DNA of 64,000 bases from Polyangiaceae bacterium. Lineage in GTDB: Bacteria; Myxococcota_A; Polyangia; Polyangiales; Polyangiaceae. The position numbers were made by a program, and so were the translations under genes. The notes beneath the pieces are model-generated. The model was not told the origin of the DNA and searched no databases. It saw only the letters and a program-made list of their open reading frames with translations. Where the stretch lies: the NCBI GenBank assembly GCA_033763455.1, contig JANRKO010000047.1, positions 128,001 through 192,000 of the forward strand, written 5' to 3'. Positions within the stretch are counted from its first letter, which is position 1. Each line of letters begins with the position of its first letter. Shown here in pieces: positions 51,501-59,292 of this stretch.

Positions 51501-52503
51501 CGGGCGACGTGGTGCTCCCACAGACTTTGAACTGAACCTCAGGTGCGTTGAGGTCTACATCATCCGAGGGGCCGAAATACTGCCCTCCCGCAATTCCAGA
51601 CGGCGCAAGCACGGGGCCAGCCGTATCCACGTGGAACGTGGGTTTCGAGGATTTCGTGGTTTGACCTGCCTGCGAGGTACACGTGGCTTCCGCGGTGAAA
51701 TCACCGTCTGGAACAAGCGTGACACCGGCAAAGGTAGCTACCCCGCCTGACGCAGGCGCAGCCAAGGACTGTGCCCCATCATTAATGCTGAGGAGAACCT
51801 GACGCCCATCTTCGACGTTAGTGGTGACCTCAAATGTTACCTGGTAGGGAGAGCCATTCTGGCTCACGCGATCACCAGCAGGCGCTGCCTCGCCGTTGAG
51901 GCTCGGATGCATGGCACTGATCACGGGCTTAGCTATGGTGCACACGACCGGCGAGCAAGCAACGGTTACGGGGATTTCCGCGCTACATTCTGGCGCCGCA
52001 CCCACCTGCACCTTAAGATTCACTGTCGCGTTCGAGTCCAGCTGAACGCCGGTAAAGACAGCGGCGTTTCCGCTGACCGTTGCGGTGCCGACTTGCACGT
52101 TGCTGGCAAACAGCGTTGCGGCGGTGCCCTCAGCCGCGGAAGTCGCAACGCTTACTGTAGTCTGAAAGCCATTCGAACAATCGGTCGTTGCATCCGCCGC
52201 GGCTGTGAGCGTTGCGCCCGAAACCGGCGTCAAGAAAGAGGCCGATGGACACATAACGCCGGGTGTTCCAGCCACTCCACCGCCGCCAGCCATCCCGCCC
52301 ATTGGCATACCGGGGGCGCCGCCAACTCCTGCCCCCGCAGCACCGCCGGTGGCCTTGGCGCCGCCCGTCTTCCCACCGCCGGTACCCGCCGCTCCGCCTA
52401 GCGCTGTGTTTGGCGAGAATTTCGGCTTCTCCTCAGAACCACAGCCCACAAGGCTCATGAACGTAATAATACCTACCCCAATTAGAGAAGAAGTCCCGCG
52501 CAT
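48556..52503 (-). CDS. Large surface lipoprotein: Gly-rich linker, Ig-like repeats, FN3-like domain and C-terminal FG-GAP/VCBS beta-propeller
   Basis: MRGTSSLIGVGIITFMSLVG-C lipobox; VDWLAPADSG..YDLR..YYFAITSADAGGNVS (FN3-like); GDIDGDGALDVGVG, GDFNGDGVADFVVG and NDLNGDGYGDIAIG repeats. Confidence 0.85.
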   Translation of the reverse strand: MRGTSSLIGVGIITFMSLVGCGSEEKPKFSPNTALGGAAGTGGGKTGGAKATGGAAGAGVGGAPGMPMGGMAGGGGVAGTPGVMCPSASFLTPVSGATLTAAADATTDCSNGFQTTVSVATSAAEGTAATLFASNVQVGTATVSGNAAVFTGVQLDSNATVNLKVQVGAAPECSAEIPVTVACSPVVCTIAKPVISAMHPSLNGEAAPAGDRVSQNGSPYQVTFEVTTNVEDGRQVLLSINDGAQSLAAPASGGVATFAGVTLVPDGDFTAEATCTSQAGQTTKSSKPTFHVDTAGPVLAPSGIAGGQYFGPSDDVDLNAPEVQFKVCGSTTSPDAVDLAATLGAGQNNFCVAVGTGSPACVAATTNGVANGTNGGCVNVTCPGGAGFDLNLTLSDEAGNLVSQTLQNVKCASTLPSVQIITPTPSVTNDPSTNILAATAAQSLKDADGGTLGAQFTVVACTDTAGGSAQLLSGLAGGTLAVIGSATATPAQVSDGCPNNLGNVIRFTNARLTESSVLANGTLDKATELRVAVTAPSTATNTSGATLVWVDSTVPTVTPYIPNNLCTRQENTPSPPALVPVTLKSPPGQPLTLKVTNGGATDYVTTADGAGNASFGSLPFALGSNALSAVFVEPSGNTGSLAQPCTVTVGNTPVVTWISPAPGTTKLNLASDTDVAAGWQGQLQVKVETDPGSGRVPASGVKVTFKLNGNMVVEATTDGSGFATVASATLTDAQGATLLAQTESVPSFGVGSASIAPLSIDTVKPSAIASLTVSVPALERRATKMKVDWLAPADSGAAVASYDLRRSKSPITNMTQFLAATPVAISGLPQSPGASESVLASGLFIETDYYFAITSADAGGNVSDITNAGPTRATFNVTLLDNGDTNAKERRVDGSASIDGDAFADLLVGAQGWPLTPVSVVNDVEIYRGSANGYPSTPNVTITGPNGFGQAVAVLGDIDGDGALDVGVGSPSENKVYIFSRIDWATVTTLTNIDASYVLSVDTVADSKLSGCAFGVSIARLGDFNGDGVADFVVGANRYNSVSENGSIRAKGLAVIFLGKKPYPGTLSIPQAYGTDAIEVRNEDFFGLSGAFGSAVLGIGNLYDPNKADLIVSAPGLNKVYSFQGTANKTALSAAAATHSAGVAGSNGSQTLALVGQLSGNPAVGVGGANNKPDLFFGNAAVGPFGGTVAHFTNSAATLTADAFGSVIVGGGFSGTSTQVSFIGDNNEPDVVFTSKSEGGVAPPKLYILRGSAATAGGDIVGVADVTYTLPVGFGGGSSRSGAINDLNGDGYGDIAIGETRSAATTYRGKVLVLW

Positions 52504-52718
52504 TGATCCACTCCGGTGATGCCAAACCATAATGTCAGCCAAAAACTCTAGCAGGCTGACTAGGAGATGAAACCCCTAATTTTTTTCGCGAAACGTCCGT
52601 TTGGAGGTCGAGTGATCCCGGCCTTTGGTTCGGTGCCACAGTGGCAGCCTGCTTGGACGTTGCGAAATAGTGCACTACGAGAAGTGGTTTGCCGTATCCA
52701 ACGAGGCTCGTGCTCCAA

Positions 52719-52997
52719 ATGAAACGCTCGTTTACCATTCCTTCCGACGTTGTGAGCGAAGTCATCAACGGCGAGGCAATGCTGCTTAACCTCAGTACTG
52801 GGCGCTACTTCAGCCTCAATTCCACTGGTGCTTTTATCTGGCGGCAGCTCGAAACGCACGGCGACGTTGGCCGGATTGTCGGCGAGCTCGCAGCGACCTA
52901 TTCGCTCGACGAACGCAAAGCTGTGGAGGACGTAAACGCGTTGCTCTCGGAACTTACCGCACAGGCTCTGATCACCCCTTATGTCGGCACGGGATAA
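52719..52997 (+). CDS. Lasso peptide RiPP recognition element (B1, PqqD family)
   Basis: GEAMLLNLSTGRYFSLNSTGAFIWRQL...IVGELAATY....A.EDV..LL.EL matches the PqqD/RRE pattern. ATG 52719 follows GAGG. Confidence 0.92.
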   Translation: MKRSFTIPSDVVSEVINGEAMLLNLSTGRYFSLNSTGAFIWRQLETHGDVGRIVGELAATYSLDERKAVEDVNALLSELTAQALITPYVGTG

Positions 52998-53433
52998 GCT
53001 GATTCGCCGACTTCAGCTCGGGCTTGCGCTGACCAAGGGGGTCTTTGGTTGCGCTGTCATTCAACGCGGCTTGGCTAATTCTGACTTGCCGGCGCTCTGC
53101 GCACGCTTAGGTATACAGTTAGGACGGGATCGAACGGAGCCGAAGCTGGAGCTGGTAAGCGAGCAAGATCCAGCTGTTCGGCTTGCCGTTCGAGCGACCC
53201 TCCGTCTTTCACGCACCGTATGGCGCAAGCCAACGTGCCTCCAGCAATCCCTTCTAGCCGGTTTCTTGCTCCGCTCTAGAGAACCAGTGCTGCGCATCGG
53301 CTGGTGGAAAACTCCCGAATCGCAATCAGGCCATGCGTGGATCGAGGTCGGCGGTAAGGCGATAGCGGGGCTGTCGGGTGGGGACCCTCGCTGGGCCGAA
53401 AAGATAGGTGTACTTGGTAGAAGTGATGTCTAA
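52981..53433 (+). CDS. Lasso peptide leader peptidase (B2, transglutaminase-like)
   Basis: TCLQQSL (catalytic Cys), LRIG, GHAWIE (catalytic His). It overlaps B1. Confidence 0.9.
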   Translation: MSARDKLIRRLQLGLALTKGVFGCAVIQRGLANSDLPALCARLGIQLGRDRTEPKLELVSEQDPAVRLAVRATLRLSRTVWRKPTCLQQSLLAGFLLRSREPVLRIGWWKTPESQSGHAWIEVGGKAIAGLSGGDPRWAEKIGVLGRSDV

Positions 53434-53445
53434 TGTCCCAGCCGC

Positions 53446-54378
53446 GTGCCCTCGAGCTTCAAAAAATTCCAACTAAACGGGCACGTGCTCCATACCCAAT
53501 TGCCCCTGCCAGCTGCCACTGCGTCTGAAGGGGCTCGTACCCCAACCAGACTCGACGTGAACCGGCTTTCGCGCAACATACCCTCGACCCCTCCAGAGGG
53601 AATGGTTTTAGCCGAGTATCGTCGCGGAGCGATCGGGCACTGCGTTGCGCAGAATGAAGATCACTACGTGCTGCGCCTATTTGGGGCATGTGATTTCGTA
53701 ATATCCAGAGATCTGAGAGCTGTCGAAATTCGGCCCGCACCGGAAATCACCGACGACCATTTGGTAACTTGGTGCTGCGGTATCTTCTCTGCCTCTCTCG
53801 CTATTCTGTCGGGTGCCTGGCCGCTTCATGCAAGCGCCGTGAACCTACCTGAGGGCGACGGACTCGCCTTTGTAGGGGGCTCGGGCGCTGGAAAAACCAC
53901 GCTCGCCGCAGCTTGTTGCATGTTGGGAGCCCAACTTGTAACCGACGACGTCTTAGTGACTCAAACGGACACGACGGGGGTGGTAAGCTGTTACGCGGGC
54001 TCGACTGAGCTCCGGCTTAGGGCCCACGCGCTTGATCCGTCGAACGTGCCAAGTGAGTGGGCGCGGCGTAAGACGGCAGATGGCAGGCTCGCCGTGAGAC
54101 CCAACTTGGTCGTGAGCGATCAGACGACGCTTCGTACCGTCGTGGTTCCGACGCGAACGGGGACAAGCTCCTTCAAGCTTACTCAGCTTAATGGACCGGA
54201 AGCTGTGCTCGAGTTGGCAAAGTTCCCCCGCGTCGCCGGGTGGCTTGAAGCGGGTAGGCATGCCGAACGCTTCTCTAGGCTCGCAGCGATCGCGCGCGGG
54301 GCTGCCGTCTTTCGCTTAGAAATGCCCAGCGATTCCGCCGAGCAAACAGTTTCCACCCTCCTGACGCAACTTGTTTAA
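53446..54378 (+). CDS. HPr-kinase-like lasso peptide kinase (K)
   Basis: PLHASAV, GGSGAGKTTLAA (P-loop), LVTDD; located between B2 and the cyclase. Confidence 0.88.
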   Translation: MPSSFKKFQLNGHVLHTQLPLPAATASEGARTPTRLDVNRLSRNIPSTPPEGMVLAEYRRGAIGHCVAQNEDHYVLRLFGACDFVISRDLRAVEIRPAPEITDDHLVTWCCGIFSASLAILSGAWPLHASAVNLPEGDGLAFVGGSGAGKTTLAAACCMLGAQLVTDDVLVTQTDTTGVVSCYAGSTELRLRAHALDPSNVPSEWARRKTADGRLAVRPNLVVSDQTTLRTVVVPTRTGTSSFKLTQLNGPEAVLELAKFPRVAGWLEAGRHAERFSRLAAIARGAAVFRLEMPSDSAEQTVSTLLTQLV

Positions 54379-54385
54379 GGTGCAG

Positions 54386-56149
54386 ATGCTTCCCTATTTG
54401 GCAAACTTGACCGCCTTTTATTCAGAGAACCCGGCGCGCCTGGAGGAGCTGGCCCGCAGGTTGACTGAGCAGACTCCCGAGTTCAGGGTGCAACGGCCCC
54501 ACCCCTATTGGGTCGTGCAAATGCGCCCTCTGCCGCACTCACCAGACCTGACCGCAGAACTGGCCCGGCGCGGGCTGTTCTTCCTCGAAGGGCCTGAGTA
54601 TTTTCAGACATTAAATGCTGAATTCCTCCCGGATCCCTTGCTCGAAGAGTTGCGGAAAGACATCCCGCTGCTAGCTAAATTCGAAACGGATCTGGGCTTG
54701 CTTCACATCAACAACGAGGGAACGGCAACGTTGGTTCGGTCCTGTGCCGGGGGTGTCCCTCTCTACTATTGGCAGGTGCGGGACGTGTTTGCCATTTCGT
54801 CCACTCTTCACCAACGAGTGCACTGCTTTCCAGAGGAACCTGCGAACATCGACCCACTAGTTTGTGCGATGCATGCGAGCGGCGTCGGCGTGTTCCCCGA
54901 AGGGCGAACGACCGTGAAGGGAGTGCGCATTCTGGAGATAGGCCACCTCCTGAAGGTGTCGCGGCGTCTTCACCAGCCCTTGATGTATTGGCCAATTCCG
55001 CGATTCGAAGTTTCTCCGATGGATCCGGAAGCTTGGCTGGCCAGTGCAGAAATGTTGAAAAAGACGCTCCTCAAGAAAATGGATCGAGAGATGTCTTCCA
55101 GTGGCAACAACCTGGTCTCATTCTCGGGCGGAGTGGACTCATCATGTGTGGTGGCCTTAGCAGGCGCACTCAGCAAACCGACTGCGACGATTTCGTTCAT
55201 CACTCCACATCGCGGAGACCAAGCCGAGCAGCAGCGGCAGATCCAGATTGGCCTCGCCCATGCCGGCATAGGTCAACACCTCAGCGAAGTGCTCTCGAAT
55301 TCGTTGAGGGCAAGGTTGGCAGTGCAGGCCCCCCCACTTCCACAGATCCAGCTCCATCCCGTACTCAATTTCCTCCCCCGGCTGGTTGACTTGTGGGGGC
55401 CGGTGACGCTCGGCGGTGGGGAATTTGCTGACCGCCTGCTTGGCGGACGCACTCAAACGATTTGGGATCTGGCTCGTGATTCAAGCCTCGCAGGGCTTCG
55501 GCGATACACAACTCCGCGCGACTTCCTAGGCCTGAGCAAGGCTCGAGCTCTTTGGTTGGTAACGCCGATGGGGAAATTCCGAGGCAGCCCGTTTCCCGTT
55601 CGCTTGCGCCCATGGGCTCGAAATGACTTGAACAACGAATACACAGCCTGGCTTGAGCAGACTATCGGTCGAAATGACGTCCTTCCGCGCTGGCATCTCC
55701 GTCGCCGGCTCATGATGAATAGAGCGATTCCGATGAACTGGGAAGCCTGCAGCCGGTTGGGCGTTCGCCGGGTGTACCCATTTCTTTGCCGAACGATTTT
55801 GGACCTGGCGCTCAATTCGCACCCTTCCGACCACTTTGGTGTTCTGCCTTCCGGGGCACGTAGCGGACCCAAGCGGATGCTGAGAAGGTCCCTAAGCGAA
55901 ATTGTCCCAAGAGAGGCCCTCTACCAGGCTGATAAGCCGCGGCCGCGGCACCCTCACGCGCCCGACCCTCTCCCCACGGAATTTTTCTCCGCCGCCCGGT
56001 CCCAGGCTGGGGAGTTGGGGGACGTAATTGCCTCCGAGGCCCTTGCAACGGTATGGACGGCACACTTCCCAGAACACGACGGATTGCAAGTCCTCGGGCT
56101 TCTGAATATAGTCAACGCCCTTCGCACCCGACCGCTAGGGTCAACTTGA
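54386..56149 (+). CDS. Lasso cyclase (C; asparagine-synthetase-like, no N-terminal Cys glutaminase site)
   Basis: SFSGGVDSS PP-loop, GGEFADRLLG, YPFL, PKRMLRRSL...VP. It lacks the MCG N-terminus of the two true AsnBs in this window. Start ATG 54386 (alternative TTG 54371). Confidence 0.88.
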   Translation: MLPYLANLTAFYSENPARLEELARRLTEQTPEFRVQRPHPYWVVQMRPLPHSPDLTAELARRGLFFLEGPEYFQTLNAEFLPDPLLEELRKDIPLLAKFETDLGLLHINNEGTATLVRSCAGGVPLYYWQVRDVFAISSTLHQRVHCFPEEPANIDPLVCAMHASGVGVFPEGRTTVKGVRILEIGHLLKVSRRLHQPLMYWPIPRFEVSPMDPEAWLASAEMLKKTLLKKMDREMSSSGNNLVSFSGGVDSSCVVALAGALSKPTATISFITPHRGDQAEQQRQIQIGLAHAGIGQHLSEVLSNSLRARLAVQAPPLPQIQLHPVLNFLPRLVDLWGPVTLGGGEFADRLLGGRTQTIWDLARDSSLAGLRRYTTPRDFLGLSKARALWLVTPMGKFRGSPFPVRLRPWARNDLNNEYTAWLEQTIGRNDVLPRWHLRRRLMMNRAIPMNWEACSRLGVRRVYPFLCRTILDLALNSHPSDHFGVLPSGARSGPKRMLRRSLSEIVPREALYQADKPRPRHPHAPDPLPTEFFSAARSQAGELGDVIASEALATVWTAHFPEHDGLQVLGLLNIVNALRTRPLGST

Positions 56150-56170
56150 TTACAGATTGGATTGGCTCTT

Positions 56171-56326
56171 ATGGAATCGCAAGCAATGAATGAAGACGAT
56201 GTGACGGCTCAGAACCTAGCTAGCTACACCCCACCTCGACTCTTGGAGCTAGGTTCGGTTCAAGAGATAACGCTTGGTGTACCAAGCGCCGCCCCCGATA
56301 TCGACGACCTCGGGGACATGTCCTAA
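56171..56326 (+). CDS. Lasso peptide precursor (A), 51 aa; leader ...YTPPRLLELGSVQEITL, core GVPSAAPDIDDLGDMS
   Basis: Manual translation gives MESQAMNEDDVTAQNLASYTPPRLLELGSVQEITL-GVPSAAPDIDDLGDMS*. Leader has Y-17, P-14, L-12, G-8, T-2; core has Gly1, Asp8 and C-terminal Ser. It starts 21 nt after the cyclase stop (alternative start ATG 56186). Confidence 0.92.
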   Translation: MESQAMNEDDVTAQNLASYTPPRLLELGSVQEITLGVPSAAPDIDDLGDMS

Positions 56327-56379
56327 TGGCGAGGCGACCGTTGTAGCAGACGCGGTAACCCCATGAGTAACTTCATTCC

Positions 56380-57672
56380 ATGACCCCCTCCGTCTCCCCC
56401 ACCCAAATCCACGTCGTTGTAATGGGCATCGGCTACGTCGGCCTGCCCCTCGCTGTTGAGTTTGCCAAGGCGGGCTTCCAAACTGTCGGGCTCGATTACG
56501 ATCTCAACAAGGTCAACGAGCTCAACGCGGGCCGTTCATACATCGGCGATGTTGCAACAGCGGATCTTGCGCCGCTCGTAGCTAGCGGCAAACTGAAGGG
56601 CACCAATCAAACTTCGGTTATCCGCGAGGCTGATGCCGTCATCGTGTGCGTGCCAACGCCGCTCAATAAGACGAAAGACCCGGATATGCGGTTCATCGTC
56701 GCCGCAGCCAATCAGATTGCAGAGCATCAGCACCCGGGGATGATCATTGTCCTTGAGTCGACGACGTACCCTGGCACCACGAGCGAAGTTCTGGTGCCCA
56801 CGCTCACGGAAAAGGGCTTCACCGTCGGGAAGGATGTCTTCATTGCGTTTTCGCCCGAACGCGTAGATCCGGGGAACGAAAAGTTCCAAACGAGGAACAC
56901 GCCCAAGGTTATCGGCGGCGTAACGCCCGAGTGCTTGCGCAAAGCAATGGCGCTTTACGAGCATGTTATCGACACGCTTGTACCCGTCTCTTCCACCGAG
57001 ACGGCGGAGATGGTGAAGTTGCTCGAAAATACTTTTCGGGCCGTCAACATCGGCCTGGTAAATGAAGTGGCCATGATGAGCCGGAGGCTGGGTGTAGATC
57101 CCTTTGAGGTGATCCGAGCGTGCGCCACCAAGCCCTTTGGCTTCATGCCGTTCTATCCAGGGCCCGGCCTAGGCGGCCACTGTATCCCGATCGATCCGCT
57201 TTATCTCTCCTGGAAGCTGCGCTCGCTGAAGTACCAAGCGCGATTTATTGAGCTCGCCGACACGATCAATAGTGCGATGCCGGAATACGTTGTTGAGCGC
57301 GTAACGGACGCTTTGAACGCAAAGAAGAAGCCGATCAATGGCTCCAAGATCCTTATCTACGGCGTGGCTTACAAGCGGGACGTTGATGACGTCCGTGAAT
57401 CCCCTGCGTTTACGATCATGCACGATTTACGTGAACGCGGCGCAGTCCTAAGCTACATGGATCCCCACGCTCTGCACGTGAATGAGGATGGTTTCGACAT
57501 GACGAGCGTGCCCCAGTCCACGAGCTTTGCGGAGTTCGACGTGGTGGTTATAGTCACTGACCATAAGTTGCTGGAGCGCGAACGCCTCTTGCGCGAGGCT
57601 ACGCTCATTGTCGATACGCGCGACGCACTGCGCGGGATTGATGGGGATCGGGCCAAGATCTACGGGCTTTAG
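56380..57672 (+). CDS. wbpA: UDP-N-acetylhexosamine 6-dehydrogenase (WbpA/WecC family)
   Basis: GIGYVGLP, CVPTP, LESTTYPGTT, FSPERVDPG, KLLENTFR.VNI, GPGLGGHCIPIDP, YKRDVDDVRESP. Confidence 0.9.
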   Translation: MTPSVSPTQIHVVVMGIGYVGLPLAVEFAKAGFQTVGLDYDLNKVNELNAGRSYIGDVATADLAPLVASGKLKGTNQTSVIREADAVIVCVPTPLNKTKDPDMRFIVAAANQIAEHQHPGMIIVLESTTYPGTTSEVLVPTLTEKGFTVGKDVFIAFSPERVDPGNEKFQTRNTPKVIGGVTPECLRKAMALYEHVIDTLVPVSSTETAEMVKLLENTFRAVNIGLVNEVAMMSRRLGVDPFEVIRACATKPFGFMPFYPGPGLGGHCIPIDPLYLSWKLRSLKYQARFIELADTINSAMPEYVVERVTDALNAKKKPINGSKILIYGVAYKRDVDDVRESPAFTIMHDLRERGAVLSYMDPHALHVNEDGFDMTSVPQSTSFAEFDVVVIVTDHKLLERERLLREATLIVDTRDALRGIDGDRAKIYGL

Positions 57673-57689
57673 GCCGTAGGCTCGGTTGG

Positions 57690-59219
57690 ATGGGTACTCC
57701 ACAAGCTCGGCGAATTCGGGAGCTCAGTCACAGAACAGTCCGGGGTGGGTTGTGGCTATTTGGCGGCACCGTTGGCACCAATGTCGCACGCCTGGGTGTC
57801 ACTGCTGCCTTAGCGCGCCTGGTGCTCCCGGAGGAGTATGGGCTCAACGTCGAAGCCTCGGTCTTGCTCGGTCTGCTTGCAGTGGCGGTTGAAGTGGGCC
57901 TGGGCCAGGCCATGATCCAGCGCAAGGATCTACTACCTCAGCACGAAAGCACTTCACTCACCATCACACTCTTGGTCGGCGCAGCTTCAGCTCTCTTGCT
58001 CGCCGGAGGGGCGAGCAGCTGGGCGGCCTTTCGCGGCATCCCAGCACTGACCGCACTGCTCCAGATCCTCGCTATTTCCCTGATCTTTCGCGCAACAAGC
58101 AGCGTGCCGCGCATGCTTATGATGCGCGAATTGCGATTTAAAGAGGTCTCCGTTGTACAATTTGCGGCCTTTATTGCCCAATCTATCACCAGCGTCGCTC
58201 TTGCCGCGGCCGGCTACGGGGCGCTCGCTCTGGCGTGGGGCGCAGTTGCAGGTTCATTGGTAGACGCGAGCTTGACGTTTCAGCGACGGCCCATTGCCCG
58301 TCCCCTGGACTTTCACTGGGCCCGAGGGCGCGAGCTTCTCTCCTTTGGTGGGGGCCTTACAGTTGCCCGCATGGCCAATACCGTCGCGCTCCAGAGCGAC
58401 AACCTGGTTGTCGGAATGGCACTTGGCCCCGCGGCGCTTGGCCTCTACAGCAGAGCCTACAGTGTGCTCGCCATCCCGGCAGGCCTTCTCCAGAGCATTG
58501 ACGGTGCACTCTTCACTGCGCTTGCCCGGCTGCAGGATGACGTCCCCCAGCTGCGCTCGGCCTTCCGCTCGGGAATTTCGCTCACGGCGGCTCTGGTAAT
58601 CCCAATCTCAGCATTCATCACGGTGATGGCGCCGGAGCTCGTAAGATGCCTGATGGGGCCCAATTGGGACGGGGCCGTGTTGCCCCTTCAAATCTTGGCG
58701 CCTACGATGTTCTTTCGAACAGCCTACAAGATTGCGGCCGTAAGCGTTAGAGCGCAGGGGGCTGTGAACCTGTTGGCCATTACTCAGGTTAGCTATGCAC
58801 TCAGCGTCGTGGCTGGAGCTTTTTTAGGATGCCGCTTTGGCCTCGCGGGCGCAGCGGTGGGCGTTGGGTGCGCCGTCTTTTTTCAGTATCTATTTCTCGT
58901 CGGCGCGGGGGCTCGGCTTCTTGGGCTGCCCGTTATTCGTACTCTCCTCCCAAGTTATCAACCGCTGCTCCTCGGCGGGACGGCGGCAGCCCTAACCTGG
59001 GGTATTTCCCGCCTGTGCGGACTTGCCGCCGTGTCTTCTCCTCTTCGTTTGTTGTTCAGCGGCATGGCGTTCCTCGGTTTGGTCGGTGTTGCACGGCGAG
59101 TCGCCCCCAACAAGGCACTCGGGCCAGAACTCGTACGAGTGCTTGACGCCGCCTGGCGCCGCGTGGCGTTGGTTTGGGGATCCCGGCCTGCCGCCCCCGA
59201 GCCGAATAGCGGCCACTAA
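57690..59219 (+). CDS. wzx: Polysaccharide flippase Wzx (WzxC-like, copy 2)
   Basis: LARLVLPEEYG, GLGQAMIQRK, MRELRFK, SDNLVVG..LG...LGLYSRA; about 12-14 TMs. Confidence 0.88.
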   Translation: MGTPQARRIRELSHRTVRGGLWLFGGTVGTNVARLGVTAALARLVLPEEYGLNVEASVLLGLLAVAVEVGLGQAMIQRKDLLPQHESTSLTITLLVGAASALLLAGGASSWAAFRGIPALTALLQILAISLIFRATSSVPRMLMMRELRFKEVSVVQFAAFIAQSITSVALAAAGYGALALAWGAVAGSLVDASLTFQRRPIARPLDFHWARGRELLSFGGGLTVARMANTVALQSDNLVVGMALGPAALGLYSRAYSVLAIPAGLLQSIDGALFTALARLQDDVPQLRSAFRSGISLTAALVIPISAFITVMAPELVRCLMGPNWDGAVLPLQILAPTMFFRTAYKIAAVSVRAQGAVNLLAITQVSYALSVVAGAFLGCRFGLAGAAVGVGCAVFFQYLFLVGAGARLLGLPVIRTLLPSYQPLLLGGTAAALTWGISRLCGLAAVSSPLRLLFSGMAFLGLVGVARRVAPNKALGPELVRVLDAAWRRVALVWGSRPAAPEPNSGH

Positions 59220-59292
59220 GAGATCATTGGCCCCCCTAGCAATAGCGTCTTTGCGGGTCGAGCTTCGCGCTTTTTCGTACTAGGGTTCGGCC

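Noticed and set aside
52642..52656. Sigma-54 site TGGCAGCCTGCTTGG upstream of lasso B1
   Set aside because: It lacks the -12 GC dinucleotide, so the match is too weak to call.
52719..52997. PQQ biosynthesis (pqqD)
   Set aside because: No pqqA/B/C/E or radical SAM gene is nearby; the context identifies it as a lasso RRE.
54386..56149. Third ordinary AsnB amidotransferase
   Set aside because: It lacks the N-terminal Cys/HRGPD glutaminase motifs and is flanked by RRE, B2 peptidase and a canonical lasso precursor.
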